Shown one piece after another: positions 56,642 through 64,000 of a DNA stretch of 64,000 bases (positions are counted from its first letter, which is position 1; the number at the start of each line of letters is the position of its first letter). The translations under genes were made by a program, and so were the position numbers. Under the pieces are notes generated by a model. It ran no database searches. It saw only the letters and a list, made by a program, of their open reading frames with translations, and had not been told where the DNA came from. Source of the stretch: an uncultured Gammaproteobacteria bacterium (GTDB lineage Bacteria; Patescibacteriota; Microgenomatia; Woykebacterales; RBG-16-39-9b); NCBI GenBank assembly GCA_965231125.1, contig OZ246414.1, forward strand, positions 576,137 through 640,136. Direction: 5' to 3'.

Positions 56642-58651
56642 ATGGATTTAAAAACTCCAGTTAGGAATATTCCAAACATTGGAGCCTCTTTTGCCGAAAA
56701 ACTAAAAAAGTTAAATATAACAACCTTAGAAGACCTCCTTTATCATTTCCCAACTAGACATGAGATTTTTCAATACAAAAAAATTAGTAGTGTTGTGGAC
56801 CCCCAAGAAGGAATTTCTATAGAAGGAACTGTTTTGCAAATAGCCAACCTACGAACAAAGTACGGTAAAAGATTAATTATAGCCACCATAGCTGACTCCA
56901 CGGGCTCGATCGGATGCGTTTGGTTTAACCAATACTATCTTACTCGTGTTATCAAAATTGGCCAAAAAATTTCTGTGGCTGGCAAAGTAGATTTTTTCAA
57001 TGGAAAACTCACTTTTATAAATCCTGAATACGAGCTAGTTATTAATAACAACCGACCGACTCACACAAGAGGTTTGGTACCCATCTATCCGGAAACCGCC
57101 GGGTTAAGTTCCAAATGGCTGCGATCAAAAATAAAATTTCTGCTGGAAAATGTAAACTTATCTATCTATGAAGTTATCCCAAAAAATATTTTGGAAAAAT
57201 ATGCGCTACTTGGTTGGTTTAAGGCTTTAAAGGACATTCATTTTCCCGAAAATGAGATAAAAGCAGGTAGAGCGAGAAAACGATTTACCTTCGAAGAACT
57301 TTTTCTTCTGCAAACTTCTGCTCTTATTCGCCGGCAAAAATGGCAAAAAAACCGCAAAGCCAAAGCTTTACATATAGACCAGGAAAAATTACTTTATTTT
57401 GTGGGAAACCTTCCTTTTAGTTTAACTTCTTCCCAGAAAAAAGCTTTAAGAGATATTTTAAAGGATATTTCCCAAAAAACACCAATGAATCGTCTTCTAC
57501 AGGGAGATGTGGGCAGCGGCAAAACTGTAGTTGCTGCGGCTGCCGCCTATATAACTACGCTTAACGGCTCAGGGGTATTGTTAATGGCGCCTACAGAAAT
57601 ATTAGCCACTCAGCATTTTCAGACATTGCGCACTCTTCTTAACCCGCAAGAAATAGAAGTTTCTCTTGTGACAGCCACAAAAAAAGGTAAATTGAATTCT
57701 CCTGTTATAGTCGGGACGCATGCGTTAATTTTTAACAAAGATCTACCAAAAAACCTCGGTTTAGTAATAATTGACGAACAACACCGTTTCGGAGTAGAGC
57801 AACGTGTGAAATTAAGAAATAAAGGGGCTACATCTCATTTTCTTACCATGAGTGCAACTCCAATACCGCGCACAATGGCCCTTACTTTGTACGGCGACTT
57901 GGATTTGTCGATTATCGATGAGCTTCCGCTGGGCCGGAAAAAAATAAAAACATTTGTTGTGCCCATCTCTAAAAGAGACGGCGCGTACAATTTTATTGGA
58001 AAAAGTATTAATTCTGGCGGACAAATTTTTATTATCTGCCCACTTATTGAGCCTTCCGAAACACTTTCCACTGTTAAAAGTGCCAAAGCTGAATGGGAAA
58101 GACTCCAAAGGGAGGTTTTCCCACAGTTCCGGCTGGGTCTACTGCACGGTAAACTTAAACCCTCCGAAAAGGATAAAGTTTTGGGTAAATTTAAGGAAGG
58201 GGAGTTGGACATACTTGTTGCCACGCCTGTGGTGGAGGTTGGAATCGATGTTCCAAAGGCTTCAATTATTCTTATTGAAGGCGCTGAAAGATTCGGGCTT
58301 GCCCAACTTCACCAACTACGAGGACGGGTTGGAAGAGGTAGTACTCAAAGCTACTGCCTACTTTTTACTGAAAGCCAGAATAGGCAAGTTTTGGAAAGGC
58401 TTAAATTTTTGGAGAAAAACTATATAGGTCTGGAACTCGCAGAAGTCGATTTAAAATTGCGTGGGCCAGGTGAGCTCTTTGGAACGGCCCAACACGGTGT
58501 TCCAATTTTAAAACTTGCTTCCTTGACCGACACGAAACTTATCGAAGCCACAAGAACCGAGGCTGAACGTCTATTGGAAAAGGACCCAAACCTTTCTAGC
58601 AACACAAACTTGAGAAACAGAATTGAGGGGAGTAACACCGCTCCAGATTGA
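56642..58651 (+). CDS. recG: RecG helicase
   Basis: QGDVGSGKT, DEQHRFG, SATPIPRT, QLHQLRGRVGRG. Confidence 0.98.
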   Translation: MDLKTPVRNIPNIGASFAEKLKKLNITTLEDLLYHFPTRHEIFQYKKISSVVDPQEGISIEGTVLQIANLRTKYGKRLIIATIADSTGSIGCVWFNQYYLTRVIKIGQKISVAGKVDFFNGKLTFINPEYELVINNNRPTHTRGLVPIYPETAGLSSKWLRSKIKFLLENVNLSIYEVIPKNILEKYALLGWFKALKDIHFPENEIKAGRARKRFTFEELFLLQTSALIRRQKWQKNRKAKALHIDQEKLLYFVGNLPFSLTSSQKKALRDILKDISQKTPMNRLLQGDVGSGKTVVAAAAAYITTLNGSGVLLMAPTEILATQHFQTLRTLLNPQEIEVSLVTATKKGKLNSPVIVGTHALIFNKDLPKNLGLVIIDEQHRFGVEQRVKLRNKGATSHFLTMSATPIPRTMALTLYGDLDLSIIDELPLGRKKIKTFVVPISKRDGAYNFIGKSINSGGQIFIICPLIEPSETLSTVKSAKAEWERLQREVFPQFRLGLLHGKLKPSEKDKVLGKFKEGELDILVATPVVEVGIDVPKASIILIEGAERFGLAQLHQLRGRVGRGSTQSYCLLFTESQNRQVLERLKFLEKNYIGLELAEVDLKLRGPGELFGTAQHGVPILKLASLTDTKLIEATRTEAERLLEKDPNLSSNTNLRNRIEGSNTAPD

Positions 58652-58683
58652 CACGTACAGCTTAGCCTAATATAATCACAACT

Positions 58684-58893
58684 ATGGCTGCGTTACCGAA
58701 AAAAAGACTTTCTTCCGCGCGAAGTGGAAAAAGAAGAGAAAAAATTAAATATATCGTACCTAGTCTGGTTCCGTGTAGCAATTGTAAAACACCAATCTTA
58801 CCTCACAGTGTTTGTCCTAATTGCGGAACTTATAAAGGGAGAGTTATTCTAGAACCTAGGGTTAAAACAAAGGTTTCTAAAATAGAAAAATGA
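58684..58893 (+). CDS. rpmF: 50S ribosomal protein L32
   Basis: LPKKRLS, CSNC..PHSVCPNCG. Confidence 0.95.
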   Translation: MAALPKKRLSSARSGKRREKIKYIVPSLVPCSNCKTPILPHSVCPNCGTYKGRVILEPRVKTKVSKIEK

Positions 58894-59393
58894 AGTCCAG
58901 GCAAGACCCACGTCACGAGGCCAGAAAAATAGCCCTACAAGTGCTCTTTGAGTGGAGCTACAATTCAATAGACGTTGAAGAACTACTGAAAAGAGATTTA
59001 GATATCTTACTTGAAACTTTAAACAATTTGGACAAAAAAAATACCGCGGACGGTGTGTCCAAACCACCGAAGTTAGATTTATCTCTTTTTTTAGTTAAAG
59101 GGGTAACTGACAATTTAGAGGCTCTTGATAAAATAATCCAAGAATGTGCCCCGGAATGGCCAATTGAGCAAATTGCAAAGGTAGATCTTGAAATTTTGAG
59201 ACTTGCGATTTTCGAACTTTATATTGCCAGAAACGTCCCTCCAAAAGTTTCAATTGACGAGGCCGTCGAACTTGCCAAGGAATTCGGTGGGGAAAACTCC
59301 TCCAAATTTATCAACGGAGTTTTAGGTACAGTCGTAAAAACACTAATGCCAGAAGTTTTAGAGGAAGAAGAAAAGAAAAGGAGAAAAAAATGA
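58890..59393 (+). CDS. nusB: NusB
   Basis: ARKIALQVLF, IDEAVELAKEFG, FINGVLG. Confidence 0.97.
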   Translation: MKSRQDPRHEARKIALQVLFEWSYNSIDVEELLKRDLDILLETLNNLDKKNTADGVSKPPKLDLSLFLVKGVTDNLEALDKIIQECAPEWPIEQIAKVDLEILRLAIFELYIARNVPPKVSIDEAVELAKEFGGENSSKFINGVLGTVVKTLMPEVLEEEEKKRRKK

Positions 59394-59629
59394 GCGTATT
59401 TGAAGAAGTCAGATCTTTGATATCGGAACAGTTCGGGGTGGATGTCGAAACAATCGAAGGCACCTCTCACTTACAAGGCGATCTAAACGCAGATCCCCTC
59501 AGTATCGCTGACCTTGCCAGTAGTTTGGAAGCAAAATTCAAGATCAAGATTCCTCAGGAAGAAGTAATGAAATTTGACACTGTTTCTGATATAGTTAATT
59601 TCGTTGAGGACCAGGGAAATATTGAATAA
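59390..59629 (+). CDS. acpP: Acyl carrier protein homolog lacking the canonical Ser
   Basis: Acidic 79 aa ACP fold upstream of rnc; DLNADPLS where DLGADSLD is expected. Confidence 0.8.
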   Translation: MSVFEEVRSLISEQFGVDVETIEGTSHLQGDLNADPLSIADLASSLEAKFKIKIPQEEVMKFDTVSDIVNFVEDQGNIE

Positions 59630-59692
59630 ACCAATCCATTATCTTCAAAAAAAAATTACTCGGTTAATTTTTATTAACTGCCCAATTTAAAT

Positions 59693-60391
59693 ATGGACCC
59701 AGATTTATTCGAGAAAAAAATTGGGTTAAAATTTAAAGACAAAAATCTCTTAAAAAATGCTTTTATCCACCGCTCTTACTTAAATGAACATTTAGAAGAA
59801 AACCTACCAAACAACGAGCGGTTGGAGTTTTTGGGAGACTCTGTCCTCGGTTTCATCATATCAAATTATCTGTATACCAACTATCCAACAAGCCCAGAGG
59901 GAGATTTGACAAATTATCGAGCCAGCATTGTAAATGCCCGAGTTTTGTCTGCGGTAGCCCACGATCTAGGTTTAGGAAGTTTTTTACTGCTTTCGCGGGG
60001 CGAAGAAGCAACCGGAGGAAGGGCTCGTCAATATATTTTGGCAAACACTTACGAAGCCTTACTTGGATCCATCTACCTGGATGGAGGTTTGGAAGTAGCC
60101 TCAAAATTCGTTCATAAGACGCTTGTTCCTCAACTTACGGAGATTATCGAGAAGAAACTTTACCGTGATTACAAAAGCCAACTTCAAGAAATAGCCCAAG
60201 CTAAATTTAATGTAACTCCCGCTTATAAAATTATTTCCCAAAAAGGTCCAGATCATTCGAAGATATTCGAGACGGGTGTTTTTCTTAACGAAAAAATTGT
60301 TGCTAAAGGAAGTGGCGCCAGCAAACAAGCCTCAGAACAGGAAGCCGCAAAGTTTGCTCTTGAAAAATTCGATAAGTTTAGTATAAAATAG
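59693..60391 (+). CDS. rnc: Ribonuclease III
   Basis: NERLEFLGD, DYKSQLQE, GPDH. Confidence 0.98.
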   Translation: MDPDLFEKKIGLKFKDKNLLKNAFIHRSYLNEHLEENLPNNERLEFLGDSVLGFIISNYLYTNYPTSPEGDLTNYRASIVNARVLSAVAHDLGLGSFLLLSRGEEATGGRARQYILANTYEALLGSIYLDGGLEVASKFVHKTLVPQLTEIIEKKLYRDYKSQLQEIAQAKFNVTPAYKIISQKGPDHSKIFETGVFLNEKIVAKGSGASKQASEQEAAKFALEKFDKFSIK

Positions 60392-60397
60392 GCAACT

Positions 60398-60628
60398 ATG
60401 GTAAAAATACGACTGGCACGAGTAGGTGCAAAAAACCAACCAAAATATAGAATCGTTGCCGCTGATGAAAAATTTAAAAGAGACGGCCGTTTTCTGGAGG
60501 TTTTAGGTAGTTACGACCCAACTGCAAACCCATTTGTAGTTAAAGTGGACAAAAAAAGGGTCGAGCACTGGCTTTCTGTAGGGGCTAAACCAAGCGAGAC
60601 AGTGGCAAGGCTGTTACTTAAGACATGA
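60398..60628 (+). CDS. rpsP: 30S ribosomal protein S16
   Basis: MVKIRLAR, RDGRFLE, WLSVGA. Confidence 0.98.
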   Translation: MVKIRLARVGAKNQPKYRIVAADEKFKRDGRFLEVLGSYDPTANPFVVKVDKKRVEHWLSVGAKPSETVARLLLKT

Positions 60629-60870
60629 AAGAGCTTCTTGAATTTATCTTAAAAAACATTGTTGAAAAAGAAGACGAGATTAAAATTAAGGATCAAAACG
60701 AATCTGATTTTGTAAAACTTAGTTTCTCGGTTGCAGGTGGCGACATGGCCAGAGTTATCGGCAAATCGGGCAAGGTTATAAAAGCTTTAAGAACACTAAC
60801 GAAAATTTATTCTCTAAAAAACAACAAGAGAATTTATCTGGAGCTAGTCGAGTCAGAAAATAGCCAATGA
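60625..60870 (+). CDS. khpA: KH-domain RNA-binding protein
   Basis: DMARVIGKSGKVIKALR; follows rpsP. Confidence 0.9.
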   Translation: MKELLEFILKNIVEKEDEIKIKDQNESDFVKLSFSVAGGDMARVIGKSGKVIKALRTLTKIYSLKNNKRIYLELVESENSQ

Positions 60871-61577
60871 AGTCTACTAAATTTGAAGTTTTCACCCTTT
60901 TCCCAGATTTTTTTAATTCTCCGTTTTCCCAAAGTATTTTAGGGAGAGCCATTACCAAAAGGCTAGTAAAAATTAATCTTCATAATATCCGAGATTTTGC
61001 ACTAGACGCTCGGAAAACTGTTGATGATGCTCCTTACGGTGGAGGAGCAGGCATGGTGTTAAAAGTAGATGTGCTGGTAAAAGCTCTCGAAAGCCTCAAG
61101 AAAAATTCTAAAAACAAACCTTTCGTGGTAGTCCTGGATCCAAAGGGAAAAATTTATAACCAAAAGCTCGCCAGAAAACTAGCAGAAAGGGACGAGATCG
61201 TCATCTTTTGCGGCCGCTATGAAGGAATTGATGAAAGATTTACAAGCTACTGGGCCAGCGAAATAGTATCGGTCGGAGATTACATCCTTTCTGGAGGAGA
61301 GCCAGCAGCATTAATAATAATTGATTCTATCGCGCGCCTTAAACAGGGAAGTTTAGGAAATAAAAATTCAGCGGGCACTGAATCATTTTCGACGGAAGGA
61401 ACGAGCCTTAACGCCGTCTTTGACTTTCCAGTATACACTAGACCAGAATCATTCCGCGGCAAAAAAGTTCCCAAAGTGTTATTAAGTGGCAACCATAAAG
61501 AAGTGGCGTCTTGGAGAAGGAAGGAGTCCTTAAGATTGCTAAGAAAACGCCGCCCCGATCTTCTGAAACCTACTTAA
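60867..61577 (+). CDS. trmD: tRNA (m1G37) methyltransferase
   Basis: PYGGGAGM, CGRYEGIDER, GDYILSGGE. Confidence 0.98.
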   Translation: MKSTKFEVFTLFPDFFNSPFSQSILGRAITKRLVKINLHNIRDFALDARKTVDDAPYGGGAGMVLKVDVLVKALESLKKNSKNKPFVVVLDPKGKIYNQKLARKLAERDEIVIFCGRYEGIDERFTSYWASEIVSVGDYILSGGEPAALIIIDSIARLKQGSLGNKNSAGTESFSTEGTSLNAVFDFPVYTRPESFRGKKVPKVLLSGNHKEVASWRRKESLRLLRKRRPDLLKPT

Positions 61578-62343
61578 ACGGGTTTTGCACACCAACTGAA
61601 GTTTCCGGTATCTGTATATTGGTATAATCTACAAATTCGTTTATTATCTTCAGGGTTTCTTCGTTTTGGGAGGAAAGTGTTGGTAGGGGATTAGAAACAA
61701 TATCACCAGAGAGTTGTGGTACAGACCTAAACGGAGTTATTAATGAAATACTTACATCGTAGCTTCCCTTACTATTTTGAGTAAAGTTTATGTTATCCAC
61801 AAATGAAAGCCTTTTCGCCCGCTCAAGCCTAGAAAGAAACTCTTTAAACGATGAGATAGACCCCGTTAAGTTTATATCTAGAGTTAAGGAGCTGTCTGCT
61901 ACAGACACCAATGTAGTGTTTGTTGAAGGTGAGACTGTGGTTGGGGTACTTGGTACCGGCGTTGTGCTTTGCGCCGGTTTAGCTGATGCCGTTGCCACCG
62001 GCCCGGGGCTCAAAGTTATACCGTCAACTATTAGATTGGTCCCCGCCGCCAGATTCTGGATTCCCACTACCAAGGCTGCTACAGATTTATTAGATGGTAA
62101 AGCTGTCTCAACTTGAGAAAGTTGGGAATTTATATCTTGTTCATTTAAAGAATTCAAAACAGAAATTTTATCTGATAAACGCTTCAACCTCATTTTTTGA
62201 TCTTTCAACTGGCCGTTTGTATCCTTAACGTTTCTAACCAGAGGCAAAAAGGCAAAAGGGATTAACAAAATAATAGTTACAAAAATTAAAACCGGGATAA
62301 CAAAGTTTTTTGCAGAATCAAACGAAATTTTTGGAGTTTTCAT
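61570..62343 (-). CDS. PilO-like type IV pilus assembly protein
   Basis: TM + coiled coil + ferredoxin-like segment; third gene of a pilM-N-O run. Confidence 0.7.
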   Translation of the reverse strand: MKTPKISFDSAKNFVIPVLIFVTIILLIPFAFLPLVRNVKDTNGQLKDQKMRLKRLSDKISVLNSLNEQDINSQLSQVETALPSNKSVAALVVGIQNLAAGTNLIVDGITLSPGPVATASAKPAQSTTPVPSTPTTVSPSTNTTLVSVADSSLTLDINLTGSISSFKEFLSRLERAKRLSFVDNINFTQNSKGSYDVSISLITPFRSVPQLSGDIVSNPLPTLSSQNEETLKIINEFVDYTNIQIPETSVGVQNPFK

Positions 62344-62927
62344 TTTTCGGTAATACCTACAGGTATAAAATTCATGTTAACTGAAAAATTGTAAGGAGAA
62401 CCTTTTTCGGCGCTTAAATTATCCAAAACTACTTTGCCAAATGAACTCTCTAGGTCCTTAGAAACCAAAGTTTTCAAAAATCTAGATAAGGAAGCAGAGC
62501 CGTTAGCTGTTCCGGAAACTGCAACACTTCCATCGGATTTAACCGTGAGTTGGGTTAAACTTATTGCCCCAGACCCCTTAGCAAGCTTGGTTAAACTAGC
62601 AGCTACACTTGAGGTTGGAACCGCTCCTTTCAAAAGAACGTCAATTTCATTAAGTTTATCCACCAAACTTCTTTGCGTGATTTCTTTTGATTTTTGATTC
62701 AAAATTTGATTTTGCAAATCTTTGGCATTAGACTCTGTCCGTGAAGTAGAAGTTTTAAGGAAAAGCTGATAGGCAAAAAGTCCCACCAAAACAAGGGCTA
62801 CAAAAAGTAGGGCTGCAACCGAGGTAACTGATGCACTCCTTTTATAAACCTCTGCCCGAACGTCTTTTTGGCTGAGTTCAGGTAAAAGGTTTATATCTCT
62901 ATTTTTAGACTGATCAGGTTTTTCCAT
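62340..62927 (-). CDS. PilN-like protein
   Basis: INLLP motif, TM helix, coiled coil. Confidence 0.8.
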   Translation of the reverse strand: MEKPDQSKNRDINLLPELSQKDVRAEVYKRSASVTSVAALLFVALVLVGLFAYQLFLKTSTSRTESNAKDLQNQILNQKSKEITQRSLVDKLNEIDVLLKGAVPTSSVAASLTKLAKGSGAISLTQLTVKSDGSVAVSGTANGSASLSRFLKTLVSKDLESSFGKVVLDNLSAEKGSPYNFSVNMNFIPVGITEK

Positions 62928-62929
62928 AT

Positions 62930-63970
62930 CTAAACACTTTTAAGAGCAAGTCCTACCGCAACAGCATAGGAGGTGCCTTCTTGAACTAACTTTTGGGATA
63001 CTTGTGACGGTAGAGAAATCCCTTCCCACGGGTTACCGAGTTGAACTTCAAGGCCCAAGGCTTCTGCCAAATAGAGAACAAGACCAGGCAATTTTGCTGT
63101 TCCACCAGATAAAACAACTCTTTTCACCAGAGATTCCGGGTGTTTCCCAGAGTAATAAGCAAGAGCCCGTTTAATTTCGTTTACCACCACATCAAAAACT
63201 GGCTTTATTGCCTGCATGACTTTTCCTTCAAGTTGGTTTGCGTCTAAACCGTAAGTCTTCATATATTCGGTGGCCTGATCAATCTCAAATCCCAGTTCTT
63301 GAGCAACCCCACGAGCCAGTGCAAGGCCCCCAGTAGCAATAGAACGAGTAAAACTTATTTGGTTGGCCGTGACTATGGATAAATCGGTCGTTGAAGCACC
63401 AATACTAATCACCATTGTGGTTGGACTACCATCAACCCGTTGCACTAAGGAACGCACAACTGCTGTTATTTCGGTTTCTAAAGATACTGCTACCAAACCA
63501 GCCATTTTAATTATTTTCAAATAACGCTCAATTAGGATTTTTGGGGCGGCCACAAGCAATACTTCGACCTTGGCTGTGGTAACCTTATCTTTTGGGGGTC
63601 TGGATAGTATCTGCCAATCCAGACGCACTTCCTCCATAGGTATTGGAACATACTGTTCTGCTTCCCATTGAATAGCGCTAGCAACTTCTTTGTCGGTTAA
63701 ATTTGGCAGTTCCACAACCCTTGTAAATATTTGAGATTCTGGTAATGAAGTGATTACTTTGTCAGTACTAATATGGGCTTCCTGGCGAAGTTTCTTGATA
63801 GTCTCTCCAAGCGAAAAAATCTCCTCCTCGGATTCTGGTGACCCAGATTTAACCGTTGTTGGCACCTGCCCTGCAGCAATGAAATTAGGTCGGCTTGTCT
63901 GGCCTCCTAGCTGAACCGCTTTTATGCTATGCGTACCAATATCAAGTCCAAAATGGTTTAGGGCAGGCAT
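62930..63970 (-). CDS. pilM: Type IV pilus assembly protein PilM
   Basis: GLDIGTHSIK, WEAEQYVP, VLLVAAP, LSGGTAKL, AVAVGLAL. Confidence 0.95.
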   Translation of the reverse strand: MPALNHFGLDIGTHSIKAVQLGGQTSRPNFIAAGQVPTTVKSGSPESEEEIFSLGETIKKLRQEAHISTDKVITSLPESQIFTRVVELPNLTDKEVASAIQWEAEQYVPIPMEEVRLDWQILSRPPKDKVTTAKVEVLLVAAPKILIERYLKIIKMAGLVAVSLETEITAVVRSLVQRVDGSPTTMVISIGASTTDLSIVTANQISFTRSIATGGLALARGVAQELGFEIDQATEYMKTYGLDANQLEGKVMQAIKPVFDVVVNEIKRALAYYSGKHPESLVKRVVLSGGTAKLPGLVLYLAEALGLEVQLGNPWEGISLPSQVSQKLVQEGTSYAVAVGLALKSV

Positions 63971-64000
63971 GAGTAGTAATTAAATGGTATCATAAATACT

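Noticed and set aside
60398-61577. Missing rimM and shortened PheT/ThrS as novelties
   Set aside because: Consistent with ordinary genome reduction in this type of lineage
1-64000. CRISPR array
   Set aside because: No run of equal-length repeats with unique spacers and no cas genes; the 14-bp units at 21819 have no spacers

Overview
About 64 kb of bacterial chromosome, standard code 11. The gene content resembles CPR/Patescibacteria, probably Microgenomates: short PheT, no rimM between khpA and trmD, pilM/N/O, murT/gatD/femX, and a large Cys-repeat surface protein. This placement is an inference. Housekeeping blocks (lon, clpP, thrS-tsaC-infC-rpmI-rplT-pheST, PBP1A, tyrS, recG, rpmF-nusB-acp-rnc-rpsP-khpA-trmD) surround a tRNA-rich accessory region with 15 intact tRNA genes. 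Three things stand out. (1) Matryoshka tRNAs: intact Val(TAC) and Val(GAC), and probably Gln(CTG), lie inside decayed tRNA genes of the same type. For both Val genes the intact copy is in the old anticodon loop, bracketed by an inverted repeat. (2) A family of about 8 tiny hairpin-GCG-hairpin-CTA insertions sits almost only in tRNA remnants or tRNA att sites; one has an empty/filled site pair and one carries a whole tRNA in its loop. (3) Large-serine-recombinase islands at tRNA CCA ends split the recombinase reading frame. One holds an inverted, already rejoined attP copy, and integrase-less mini-cassettes are stacked behind tRNA-Gln and tRNA-Gly. No CRISPR array or rRNA was seen. All alignments were made by eye.
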